From Fidelibacterota bacterium (GTDB taxonomy: Bacteria; Fidelibacterota; Fidelibacteria; Fidelibacterales; Fidelibacteraceae): DNA of 64,000 nucleotides. Both the position numbers and the translations under genes were made by a program. The stretch spans positions 144,045 through 208,044 of the forward strand of contig JAXHNS010000002.1 in NCBI GenBank assembly GCA_034520235.1. Reading direction: 5' to 3'. Positions within the stretch are counted from its first letter, which is position 1, and every line of letters begins with the position of its first letter. Positions 21,886-30,884 of this stretch are shown piece by piece. The notes below the pieces were generated by a model, which had not been told where the DNA came from, searched no databases, and saw only the letters and a program-made list of their open reading frames with translations.

Positions 21886-22509
21886 TTAAAAATGTATTGT
21901 AAATGAAGCTTCAAGATTATGTCCATTCATTCCCATATCAAAACCATATATTTTATTATCCGTTGAGTACTCAATCAAGTGACCATAATAATATTGATTA
22001 TTGTTATTTATCTTACCCGCAGCAATTGGTGCATCTATCATTGACCATAATGAAGCTGTACCAGCAAGCACACTTCCAGCAATTTTTACGTCAGTGTCAT
22101 CTACAAAGGCAACCATTGCCCAAGCGCCCAGGGATAATACTTCTTGTATAATTCCTTTACCATGTTGACCATTATAGTGTTGTCCCAAACCAGGAATAAA
22201 AAAAGAAAACACAAAAGCAATTAAAGGATCCTTCTCCTTTTTCATTGAAGAGTAGGAAGAATTTTCCATAGAACTAGGCATATAATTTTTAGCCGGATAT
22301 TCTTTAGTTATTTTCGTTATCTTTTCCATTTTAAGAGTAGAAACAATACCATTAGCCCTTTGGATTTTAACATAATCATTTATTGCTCTCTCAATGATGT
22401 CCCCACGAATGATTGATCCGTTTTTAAGATAAACCACATCCTGTAATTCGTTCTTAGCATAAATAACCGAAACTCCTAGCGCTAGTACTAATAAAATCTT
22501 TTTAAACAT
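21886..22509 (-). CDS. membrane protein with the same N-terminal domain plus a PGLGQ.YNG hydrophobic module
   Basis: 207 aa. Signal MFKKILLVLALGVSVIYA. DVVYLKNGSIIRGDIIERAINDYVKIQRANGIVSTLKMEKITKITKE is paralogous to the N-domain of 21196-21834. Then comes FVFSFFIPGLGQHYNGQHGKGIIQEVLSLGAWAMVAF. Confidence 0.5.
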   Translation of the reverse strand: MFKKILLVLALGVSVIYAKNELQDVVYLKNGSIIRGDIIERAINDYVKIQRANGIVSTLKMEKITKITKEYPAKNYMPSSMENSSYSSMKKEKDPLIAFVFSFFIPGLGQHYNGQHGKGIIQEVLSLGAWAMVAFVDDTDVKIAGSVLAGTASLWSMIDAPIAAGKINNNNQYYYGHLIEYSTDNKIYGFDMGMNGHNLEASFTIHF

Positions 22510-22517
22510 ATTAACAC

Positions 22518-23693
22518 CTACTTAATTTCATTATTTGTATTATGATTGACAATATTTCTACCTTTTTTAGGTAAGGGTGAATTTGAATTAAATGTAGCAA
22601 CCGTCACTGTTTCATCTGGTCCAACAGTCCCATAATAGGTCTTTACATATCCAAAGGCTTGTATCAATACCGTAAAATTTGTATTGTAATCACCTGAATA
22701 ATGGTCAACTTCTACCTTATAAGTACCACTTGGTGCGCCATCTTCAGGCCAATATACGTTTTCAGGCCCATATCCATCCATATCATCAAAATCTAGATAA
22801 CCCCCGCTTTCTGCATTCTTATCATTCCAATATATTATTTCATCATATGGATCTGTAACCCAAAGATCAATATCATCTGTTGTATCCCAAGTTAATGTTA
22901 TTTGTACATCTCCCGAACCACTTTCTAAAGCACCTTCTGCAACTTGGACTTCTTCAGACTCTTCAACATAATTTTCATCTTCAGAGTAATAGTCTAAAGC
23001 CGTAGATGTCCAACCTGTAGCACATGCAACACCACTTGTTGCAACACATGTAATATGGGTCTCAACTAAACCCCAAGCATCAACAAAATCAGTAATTCCA
23101 TTATGAATATCAAGTTCATCCGTTGCTATATCATTTGCTAATTGTAATATATAATTCCCACAAACCCACGCAGCAAGTGGCCACGTCCCACCAGCTGTAG
23201 CTCCCATAGATGCTAAACTAAGAATACATGGTATAGATCCAACTGCCCTGCCAGCCCAATTTATTAGATCTTGCGAAGGTGCTGGTTTACCAAATGCTAA
23301 ATAGCTGTCCCAATAAATACTTGAACGCACCTCTCTAATTATTTCAACATCACCATCAGGGTACACAACTGCTACATCAACATAATAACCATCAAAGTTA
23401 TCAAGTATGAAAACATAATCATCTATCACAACTTTATCGGGCAATTCATTCTCATCAAACGTAACCGTTATATATTTATCTGCCTCACCAGCATGGAATA
23501 AAACTCCTTCGAGTACATCATTATCTGCTTTTATAAACATCCCATCTTCTTTGCCAGCAACCCAATATTTCCATTCTGTTTCAGCGCTAATATCAATTAC
23601 ATTAATATCCGGCATTTCTTGTCTTTGATTATCAAAACATGAGCTTATTAGAAATGAAACAACAATTAGTAACAAATATGAATATTTTTTCAT
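22518..23693 (-). CDS. lipoprotein with C-terminal DUF2135/YfaP-like beta-sandwich
   Basis: 391 aa. Lipobox MKKYSYLLLIVVSFLISSC. The C-terminal ITLTWDTTDDIDLWVTDPYDEIIYWNDKNAESGGYLDFDDMDGYGPENVYWPEDGAPSGTYKVEVDHYSG matches my memory of the DUF2135 signature (LTWD..D.DLHV..P...). Confidence 0.55.
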   Translation of the reverse strand: MKKYSYLLLIVVSFLISSCFDNQRQEMPDINVIDISAETEWKYWVAGKEDGMFIKADNDVLEGVLFHAGEADKYITVTFDENELPDKVVIDDYVFILDNFDGYYVDVAVVYPDGDVEIIREVRSSIYWDSYLAFGKPAPSQDLINWAGRAVGSIPCILSLASMGATAGGTWPLAAWVCGNYILQLANDIATDELDIHNGITDFVDAWGLVETHITCVATSGVACATGWTSTALDYYSEDENYVEESEEVQVAEGALESGSGDVQITLTWDTTDDIDLWVTDPYDEIIYWNDKNAESGGYLDFDDMDGYGPENVYWPEDGAPSGTYKVEVDHYSGDYNTNFTVLIQAFGYVKTYYGTVGPDETVTVATFNSNSPLPKKGRNIVNHNTNNEIK

Positions 23694-23951
23694 TCTAATC
23701 CCTTGTTTTTTGGGCTCTTTTGATTTATTAAAATTGATTGCTTCACTGCTTGCATTTTATGATATCTTGCTGTTTTTACAATGAACTTCTGCTGTTGCAC
23801 TTACGAGTTGAATTCAGGATATAAAACACACAAAGACAATCCTTATAACCATTATCCCCATTTATTATTTATTGCTCTTTATAATCTACGAAATAGAAAG
23901 ATCTTGTCAAATAATTATTATAAAAAAACACTTCCGTCTTCTTTCATATCC

Positions 23952-24172
23952 CCGGGCGGCTTTTTTATGTCATATATTATCGTGGCAAAGTATGCGCTGC
24001 CCAAAAACTGACCAAAAAACGACCATCCTTATCATAATTGCCCATTTTTCGCCTGTTTTGGCTATATTTCGATAAAAATGTCCCTAAATAACAAACCCTG
24101 TAAATGTTTGTTTACAGGGCAGTTAAGTGTGGCTCCGGCCGGAATCGAACCAGCGACACAGGGATTTTCAGT
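23952..24172 (-). repeat. copy 3 of the repeat (left arm + core), continuous with the intact tRNA-Phe gene
   Basis: It has the same left arm and 43-nt core as copies 1 and 2. Beyond 24172 the sequence continues into the genuine 5' half of the tRNA. Confidence 0.85.
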
Positions 24173-24202
24173 CCCCTGCTCTACCGACTGAGCTACAGAG
24201 CC
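24130..24202 (-). tRNA. tRNA-Phe (anticodon GAA)
   Basis: The minus strand folds by hand into a cloverleaf: GGCTCTG TA GCTC AGTCGGTA GAGC A GGGGA CTGAAAA TCCCT GTGTC GCTGG TTCGATT CCGGC CGGAGCC A. It is 73 nt and CCA is not encoded. A terminator hairpin CCCTGTAAA-N6-TTTACAGGG plus T-run follows on the same strand. Confidence 0.9.
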
Positions 24203-24282
24203 ACGGATTTCATAAAATGCGATTTCAAAAGCGGGAAATCTTACTGTTTTTCCCTTCGAATTGCAAGCAAAAAGACGAGTTT

Positions 24283-24630
24283 TTACCTGCGGTGTTCTTT
24301 GACGCGGGTTGCCTTTTTTCCCTTCAACGCACGAATGTAATAGATCTTCGAACGGCGGACCTTCCCTCTGCTTATGCGCTCGATCTTTGCAATATTGGGG
24401 GAATACAGGGGAAATACACGTTCAACACCGATACTGTTCGATATCTTGCGCACGGTAAAGGTCGCATTGATGCCGTTTCCCTTGCGGGCTATACAGATGC
24501 CTTTGAACTGCTGTATACGTTCTTTATCGCCTTCGCGCACCTTTACATCCACAATAAGGGTATCTCCCGCCCTGAATTCAGGGATGTCGTCGCGTAAATG
24601 TCCGCTGGCTGCGATCTGTGTTTTATCCAT
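24283..24630 (-). CDS. rplS: 50S ribosomal protein L19
   Basis: 115 aa. [57 protein letters not shown] is a clear L19 pattern. It is the last gene of the conserved rpsP-rimM-trmD-rplS operon. Confidence 0.95.
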   Translation of the reverse strand: MDKTQIAASGHLRDDIPEFRAGDTLIVDVKVREGDKERIQQFKGICIARKGNGINATFTVRKISNSIGVERVFPLYSPNIAKIERISRGKVRRSKIYYIRALKGKKATRVKEHRR

Positions 24631-25342
24631 TGTTCTTTTCTCCTTTATCCGTATATGCTTTCCACATATCCGGTCTTCGTTCTTGTGTTTTTGTTATTCT
24701 TTCCTCTATTCTCCATCTGTCTATATTGGCATGATTCCCGCTTAACAGCACTTCCGGGACTGACCGTCCCCTGAAGTTTTCGGGGCGGGTATACCACGGG
24801 CAGTCAAGCAGCGGGTCCGAAAAGGAATCGCTCAGCGCCGATCCGATCTCGTTCAGGACACCCGGTATCAGGCGGATCACCGCGTCCATGATGACCATCG
24901 AGGGGATCTCCCCGCCGGTCAGCACATAATCGCCGATGGAGATCTCGTCCGTAACCAGCATATCGCGGATGCGCTGGTCAATACCCTTGTAATGTCCGCA
25001 GACAAATATCAAATGCTCTTCTTCAGAAAGGGATGCCGCCGACCACTGGTCAAAACGTTCGCCGTCCGCGGTGGGATATATCACGCGCGAGGGTTTTTGA
25101 GCGTTTTCTTCCGTTTCCAGAAGGGAGGTAATACCGTCGTAAAGGGGCTGAGGCGTCATGACCATTCCGCTGCCGCCGCCGAAAGGATAATCATCGGTCT
25201 TCCGGTGTTTGTCTTCGGAAAATTCACGCAAGTCATGTACCCGGATGTCAACGAGCGCTTTCTCACGGGCCCGTTTCACCATGCTCTCATTGACGACCGC
25301 TTCGATCATTCCCGGGAAACAGGTCAGTACGTCAATCCTCAT
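24623..25342 (-). CDS. trmD: tRNA (guanine37-N1)-methyltransferase
   Basis: ORF 24623-25459. The likely start is the internal ATG at 25342 ([25 protein letters not shown]...). Further matches are [16 protein letters not shown]-like YKGIDQRI and [10 protein letters not shown]. Confidence 0.9.
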   Translation of the reverse strand: MRIDVLTCFPGMIEAVVNESMVKRAREKALVDIRVHDLREFSEDKHRKTDDYPFGGGSGMVMTPQPLYDGITSLLETEENAQKPSRVIYPTADGERFDQWSAASLSEEEHLIFVCGHYKGIDQRIRDMLVTDEISIGDYVLTGGEIPSMVIMDAVIRLIPGVLNEIGSALSDSFSDPLLDCPWYTRPENFRGRSVPEVLLSGNHANIDRWRIEERITKTQERRPDMWKAYTDKGEKNNG

Positions 25343-25841
25343 CCAGCATTCCTTCCAATAATTTGACGTAAAAACATCTCGCTTCGTCGTTGATGGAAAG
25401 TATGAATTCCCCGACAAAGGGTACCAATACTTCTTTTCCGTTCCCGGTCGTAATGACAAGCACGTCCTGCATGGGAAGCTCTATCCGGCCCGAAACGGCC
25501 CCAAGCACTTCACCGTCCTGCAGGACTTCATATCCTTCATATCGGAATGCTTCATGCTCATCCGTAAAATCTTTTATCTGTGCTTCACTGATAAAAAGCG
25601 ATTTGTGCAAAAGGCTTTCTGCCTGCTGCCGCGTGCCGATCCTGTCGAGCAGCAGAGACAGGCGCCTGCCGTGTGCTTCCACGGCACAGATATCGTGAAC
25701 CTCTTCCGGATCAGTATCATTGCCAACATAAACATATTTCAATGAGCGTAATGCCTGAGCATCTAACCGGGGATCAGAAATACAGAACTTCCCTTTCAAG
25801 CCAATGGGCTTACCTACATAACCAATGATCCTGAAAGGCAT
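25332..25841 (-). CDS. rimM: 16S rRNA processing protein RimM
   Basis: 169 aa with IGYVGKPIGLKGKF at the N-terminus and a PRC-barrel-like C-terminal half. Operon position is between the KH protein and trmD. Confidence 0.85.
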   Translation of the reverse strand: MPFRIIGYVGKPIGLKGKFCISDPRLDAQALRSLKYVYVGNDTDPEEVHDICAVEAHGRRLSLLLDRIGTRQQAESLLHKSLFISEAQIKDFTDEHEAFRYEGYEVLQDGEVLGAVSGRIELPMQDVLVITTGNGKEVLVPFVGEFILSINDEARCFYVKLLEGMLDED

Positions 25842-25852
25842 TTTCTTCTATA

Positions 25853-26089
25853 TTATCTGTCGATAATATCAAGTGTCGACCGGCTGTTCCCGGCTTTTGC
25901 GGAAACGGCGGTAAGCAGTGTGCGCAGGGCCTGCGCCGTACGTCCGTGTTTGCCGATCACTTTTCCCAGATCTTCGGGAGCTACTCGCAATTCATAGATC
26001 GTATTATTTTCGCTCTCGATCTTGGTAACATCAACTTCTTCCGGATTATCAACCAACCGTTTCACGATCGATTCAACAAACTCTTTCAT
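25853..26089 (-). CDS. KH-domain RNA-binding protein (UPF0109/YlqC-like)
   Basis: 78 aa with LVDNPEEVDV...ELRVAPEDLGKVIGKHGRTAQALRTLL. Conserved position between rpsP and rimM. Confidence 0.85.
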   Translation of the reverse strand: MKEFVESIVKRLVDNPEEVDVTKIESENNTIYELRVAPEDLGKVIGKHGRTAQALRTLLTAVSAKAGNSRSTLDIIDR

Positions 26090-26129
26090 GATGATCCCTT
26101 TCAGTTTGAATTTCTATTATTCGGAATGG

Positions 26130-26978
26130 TTATTTTTTATCATCGCCGGTATCGTTGTCTTCTGATGTATCTTTTGTTTTTTCTTCGGTCTCGTTCTTTT
26201 CCGGTGTTGCTTCCTTTTCATCCGGAGACGTCTTTTCCGCTTGCTTTTCTGCTTTGGCTTCTTCCTTTTTTTCAGGTGTCTGCTCCTTGGATGCTTCACC
26301 CGAAATTTCCGGTTCGGACTTTACCTTTTCAGACGGTGTTCCTGCCTTGGAGGACGCTGCTTCTACCTCTTTTTCAGGTTTCTCGGGCGTCTGCACTTCA
26401 GCCGTTTCTTCTTCTTTGGGAGCTTTCTCCCCGGACGCCTGTGCCTCGGACTTTTCTTCATCTTTCGGCGCTTCTTCTTTCGCGGGCGTTTCTTCCCCGG
26501 GAGTCTCTTCCTCAGGTGCTTCCGCCTTGGACGCTTTTTCTTTGGAAGCTTCTTCCTCGGGTGCCTGCGCCTTATCCGCTTCTGCCTTTTCTTCCGCTTC
26601 CTTGTTTACTTCCGGTTCCGGTTTTTCCGCCAGCTTCGGGGCTTTTTCGCCTTTTTGACTCCGGGCTATTTCCCATTTCTGCAATTCCTGTTTCTTTTTC
26701 TCCTCGGAAAGATTGCTGTTTTCAAGATGCCATTTCAGCATAATGCCTCTTTTGGACAACAGGCGTTTCACGGTGTCCGAGGGGTTCGCCCCGGAGCGCA
26801 ACCAGTGAAATACACGGTCTTCCCTTACATCCAGATTTTCATTCTGCTTCAGGGGATCGTAGGTCCCGATCTGTTCAATAAAACGACCGTCACGACGACT
26901 TCGTGAGTCCGCAACGACCACACGGTAAAAAGGACGGTTCTTTCTTCCCATTCTTGCTAAGCGTATCCGTACTGACAC
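26130..26978 (-). CDS. rpsP: 30S ribosomal protein S16 with a ~190-aa low-complexity C-terminal tail
   Basis: N-terminus [43 protein letters not shown] is canonical S16. After about residue 90 the ORF continues in frame as an E/K/A/P-rich sequence to 282 aa. Confidence 0.9.
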   Translation of the reverse strand: MSVRIRLARMGRKNRPFYRVVVADSRSRRDGRFIEQIGTYDPLKQNENLDVREDRVFHWLRSGANPSDTVKRLLSKRGIMLKWHLENSNLSEEKKKQELQKWEIARSQKGEKAPKLAEKPEPEVNKEAEEKAEADKAQAPEEEASKEKASKAEAPEEETPGEETPAKEEAPKDEEKSEAQASGEKAPKEEETAEVQTPEKPEKEVEAASSKAGTPSEKVKSEPEISGEASKEQTPEKKEEAKAEKQAEKTSPDEKEATPEKNETEEKTKDTSEDNDTGDDKK

Positions 26979-26990
26979 TGTAGTTCTCCT

Positions 26991-28322
26991 TTAATTCCAC
27001 GGCATGTTGTTCATTTTATGCAATGCCTGTTTTGGAAGTTTCATTTTCTTCATTTTCTTCATCATTTTCTTCATCTGTTCGAACTGGTTCAAAAGCCGAT
27101 TTACATCGGATACCCGCGTACCGGAGCCGTAAGCAATGCGTTTCCTCCGGTTGGCGTTGATGACCGACGGCCGGGCTTTCTCTTCCCGGGTCATGGAGCT
27201 CAGGATCGCCTGGGTCCGGGAAAACTGTTTTTCATCGATCTGTGCATTCTTCAGCTGCTGCGCACCGGGGATCATTTCAACGAGCGATGAGATCGGCCCC
27301 ATTTTCTGAAGCATTTTCAGCTGCTTCTGAAAATCCTGCAGATCGAAGGAGTTCTTTTTCAGCTTTTTCTGCAGTTTTTCGGCTTCATCCTCATCAAAGG
27401 CATCCTGGGCCTTTTCCACCAGCGAAACCACGTCGCCTTTTCCTAATATACGATTTGTAAACCGTTTTGGGTAGAATAATTCCAGGTCATCCGTGCTTTC
27501 TCCCGTGGAAATGAACTTCACGGGCTTTCCCGTCACGCTGCGGATGGACAGGGCCGCACCGCCGCGGGTATCGCCGTCCAGTTTCGTCAGCACGATCCCG
27601 CTGATATCAAGCTTCTCATTAAATGCCTTTGCGGCATTGACGGCATCCTGACCGATCATCCCGTCCGCAACAAAAAGGATCTCCCGGGGCTGAAGCTCGC
27701 GGTGGATCTCGCCGACCTCCTCCATCATCACGTCATCCACATGAAGGCGGCCCGCAGTATCAAAGATCAGGACGTTCACATCCGTTTTCCGGGCTTCCCG
27801 CAGCGCATGTTTGCAGATTTTAACAGCATTCCTGCTGTCTTCGCGGTACACCGGCACGCCGATGCGTTCCCCCAGGATCTCCAGCTGGTCGATGGCCGCG
27901 GGACGGTATATGTCCGCCGCCACCATCATCGGGCGTTTCCCCTCGGCTTTCAGCTTTTTGGCAAGTTTAGCCACAAAGGTCGTTTTACCTGAACCCTGCA
28001 GGCCCACCGCCATGATCATTGCCGGAGGAAGCCCGTCAAGCTGCAGGGGAGCATGTTCCTCTCCCAGCAGGCCGGTCAGTTCGTCATGAATGATCTTGAT
28101 CACCTGCTGGCCGGGGGTAATGCTTGCCAGCACCCTTTCCCCCAGTGCCCTTTCCTTCACGCGGGCGATAAAGGACTTTGCTACGGTATAGTTCACATCG
28201 GCCTCTAACAAGGTCCTGCGTACTTCCCGGAGGGCATCGGAGACGTTTTGCTCCGTGATCTTTCCCTGACCCCGTAAGTTTTTAAAGACCGCCTGTAAGT
28301 TGTTCCGTAACTGTTCGAGCAT
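26991..28322 (-). CDS. ffh: signal recognition particle protein Ffh
   Basis: The likely start is ATG 28322 (MLEQLRNNLQAVFKNLRG). Further matches are the GLQGSGKTT P-loop, DTAGR, TKLDGDTRGG and a methionine-rich M domain at the C-terminus. Confidence 0.95.
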   Translation of the reverse strand: MLEQLRNNLQAVFKNLRGQGKITEQNVSDALREVRRTLLEADVNYTVAKSFIARVKERALGERVLASITPGQQVIKIIHDELTGLLGEEHAPLQLDGLPPAMIMAVGLQGSGKTTFVAKLAKKLKAEGKRPMMVAADIYRPAAIDQLEILGERIGVPVYREDSRNAVKICKHALREARKTDVNVLIFDTAGRLHVDDVMMEEVGEIHRELQPREILFVADGMIGQDAVNAAKAFNEKLDISGIVLTKLDGDTRGGAALSIRSVTGKPVKFISTGESTDDLELFYPKRFTNRILGKGDVVSLVEKAQDAFDEDEAEKLQKKLKKNSFDLQDFQKQLKMLQKMGPISSLVEMIPGAQQLKNAQIDEKQFSRTQAILSSMTREEKARPSVINANRRKRIAYGSGTRVSDVNRLLNQFEQMKKMMKKMKKMKLPKQALHKMNNMPWN

Positions 28323-28564
28323 CTCCATCTCCACAATAGCCTGAAAATATAGCAAATAAATTGCCGAATGCAAATATTTTTAGTTTTTATGAAAGTTGTT
28401 AAGAACGGATATATTCATGGGTTAAAGACCCGTTTGAACATTACTCCGGCACAGTCCGAATAAAGAGACCCGACGCTTTTTCCATGCTCCCTGCGATCCG
28501 GGATCAGATTCCTTTGTAAGATCAGCGAATGCGCGGCGGGACCGTTTTTATCTCCGGAAGCACA

Positions 28565-28592
28565 AAGGGCGGCACCGGGCCGCCCTTTTTTT
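28565..28592 (-). terminator. hairpin terminator downstream of pruA (possibly bidirectional)
   Basis: AAGGGCGGC-accgg-GCCGCCCTT. There is a T7 run on the plus side and TTTGTGCTT on the minus side. It starts 18 nt past the pruA stop. Confidence 0.5.
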
Positions 28593-28609
28593 ACTTGCCG
28601 TTCACATGA

Positions 28610-30248
28610 TCATTTTTCTTCCATAAAGGGATAGCGGTAATCTTTCGGCGGATTGAAGTTCTCCTTGATAGTACGTACCGACACCCACCGCATGAGGTTG
28701 ATGGAAGAACCCGCCTTGTCGTTGGTACCGCTGGCACGGGCACCGCCGAAAGGCTGCTGACCGACCACGGCGCCGGTGGGCTTATCGTTGATATAGAAGT
28801 TGCCGGCCGCATTGATCAGTATCCGGTCCGCCCGGACCACCGCTTCACGGTCACGGGCAAAAACTGCGCCTGTCAGAGCGTAGGGACTGGTGCGGTCGCA
28901 GAGTTCCAGGGTCTGCTCATACTGTTTTTCAGGATCGACATAGACCGTAAGCACGGGACCGAAGATCTCTTCCCGCATGCTCTTGAATTCCGGGTCCCGG
29001 GTAACGATGGTCGTGGGCTCGATAAAGTAGCCCCTGGATTTATCGTATCCGCCGCCGGTAATGATCTCTGCGTCGGGACTTTCCTTTGCGTATTCAATAT
29101 AGGAGACGATCTTATCAAAGGCCGCTTCGTCGATCACGGCGTTCATGAAGTTCGTAAAATCCAGCGGCGAGCCCATTTTCGACCGTCCGGACCATTTTGA
29201 CGTATTTTTCCTTCAGTGCTTCCCAGAGATTCGCCGGGATGTAGGCCCGTGATGCCGCCGAGCATTTCTGACCCTGATACTCAAAGGCGCCCCGCACCAT
29301 CGCCGTGGCCAGAGACTCAACATCGGCGGACTCATGTGCGAAAATAAAGTCTTTTCCGCCGGTCTCGCCTACCAGCCGGGGATAACTTTTATAATCCGCG
29401 ATATGTGTGCCCACGGTTTTCCATACGTGCTGGAAAACCCCGGTCGAACCCGTAAAATGCACCCCGGCGAGATCCGGATGTTTCAGGACGATGTCACCGA
29501 TCTCCTTCCCGCTTCCGGGCAGGAAATTGATCACGCCGTCCGGCAGGCCGGCGGCCTTGAAAAGTTTCATCAGGAAATACGCAGAATACACCTGGGTGCG
29601 GGAAGGTTTCCACACGACGGTATTCCCCATGATCGCCGGGGCGGTCGGCAGGTTCCCCGCAATGGAAGTGAAATTGAAGGGGGTCAGCGCAAAGACAAAT
29701 CCTTCGAGGGGACGGTATTCCAGCTGGTTCCAGGTACCCGCAGGGCTGTAATCGGGCTGGTTCTTGTATATCTCGGACATGTAATAGGTGTTGAAATTAA
29801 AAAAGTCGATCAGCTCGCAGGCCGAATCGATCTCCGCCTGGAATATGGTCTTGCTCTGCCCCAGCATGGTGGCGGCATTCAGCAGATCGCCGTAGGGTTT
29901 GGAGAGCAGGACCGCCATTTTCTTGAAAATGGCCGCCCGGGCGTCCACCGGCATCTCCCGCCATTTTTTGCGCGCTTTCAGGGCGGCATCCATTGCGGCG
30001 CGGATCTCTTTTTCCCCCGCCATATGGTAAGTGGCCAGGACATGTCCGTGGTCATGCGGACAGGTGACCTTCTCCGTCCTTCCGGTATAGATCTCTTCCC
30101 CGCCGATGATCACGGGTATTTCGATCTCTTTGCTCAATAGTTCATCCAGGACCTTCTTCACGCTTTCACGTTCCGGAGTGCCCGGCGCATAGGTCAGCAC
30201 ACGTTCGTTCTCCGCATGCGGAACCTTATACAGTGCATTTATCATCAC
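28610..30248 (-). CDS. pruA: L-glutamate gamma-semialdehyde (1-pyrroline-5-carboxylate) dehydrogenase, one frame break
   Basis: ORFs 29115-30248 and 28610-29176 join into an aldehyde dehydrogenase of about 545 aa (VVWKPS, FTGSTGVF, ETGGKDF, QGQKCSAASR, EIFGPVL). The break is at the T4 run 29176-29179 (A4 in the coding sense); with A3 the frame reads ...MVRTVEMGSPLDF. Confidence 0.85.
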
Positions 30249-30377
30249 ATTTCTCCTTTTTTTGTCTGTTTATTCTATGTCTGCAGTAGTTTAGAAAAAT
30301 TATTGATGAATTTCAAGTCAATAAGGATTACCGATAAGCGATTTCCGAAAGATATTAAGTTGAAACTTTTTTTGGCA

Positions 30378-30410
30378 GATAAAGCAAAGCCCCGCTTTAT
30401 CAGCGGGGCT
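30378..30410 (-). terminator. intrinsic terminator of the Hsp20 gene
   Basis: AGCCCCGCT-gataa-AGCGGGGCT on the minus strand, followed by TTTGCTTTAT. It lies 38 nt past the stop. Confidence 0.6.
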
Positions 30411-30447
30411 GCGGGGTAAGGAAGGGATTTGCGTATGTATGGTTCCG

Positions 30448-30884
30448 TTATTCAATTTCGACCTTGCGCGGTTTCGCGACTTCGGTCTTCGGTATCCCGA
30501 CAGTGAGGATGCCGTCTTCCCAGTTGCCTTTGATCTTGTCCGTGTCAACATTGTTGGGCAGTTGGAAACTGCGTGAGAATTTCCCGTAATTGATCTCGCT
30601 CAGATGACACTGGGAATCTTTTTTCTTCACGTTCTCTTTCTTTTCGCCGGACACTGTGATAACATTGTCCTTTACGGAAATATCAATGTCTTTTTTCTTC
30701 ATGCCCGGAACTTCCACTTTCATGAGGAATTCATCCTCGTTCTCCTCTACTTCAACCCGGGTGCCCAATGCACGGCTTCGCTGGGTTCGGTGTTGAAGAA
30801 AGGATCGTTGAAGAAGTCATCCAGCATGGTATTGTAGAAGCGGCTCGGGCGTGCCAACGGACTGTTGTGTTTTACTAACATCAT
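30448..30884 (-). CDS. Hsp20/alpha-crystallin small heat-shock protein, one frame break near 30760
   Basis: ATG 30884 has AGGAGG 7 nt upstream and gives MMLVKHNSPLARPSRFYNTMLDDFFNDPFF. The alpha-crystallin domain is in ORF 30448-30768 (DEFLMKVEVPGMKKKDIDISVKDNVITVSGEKK...GKFSRSFQLP...GILTVGIPK). Confidence 0.85.

Noticed and set aside
25946-26906. Five overlapping ORFs on both strands across the S16 tail region (25946-26743, 26155-26658, 26241-26906, 26117-26299).
   Set aside because: They are artefacts of the low-complexity GAA/AAG/GCN repeat composition. Only the frame continuous with the canonical S16 N-terminus has a plausible start and context.
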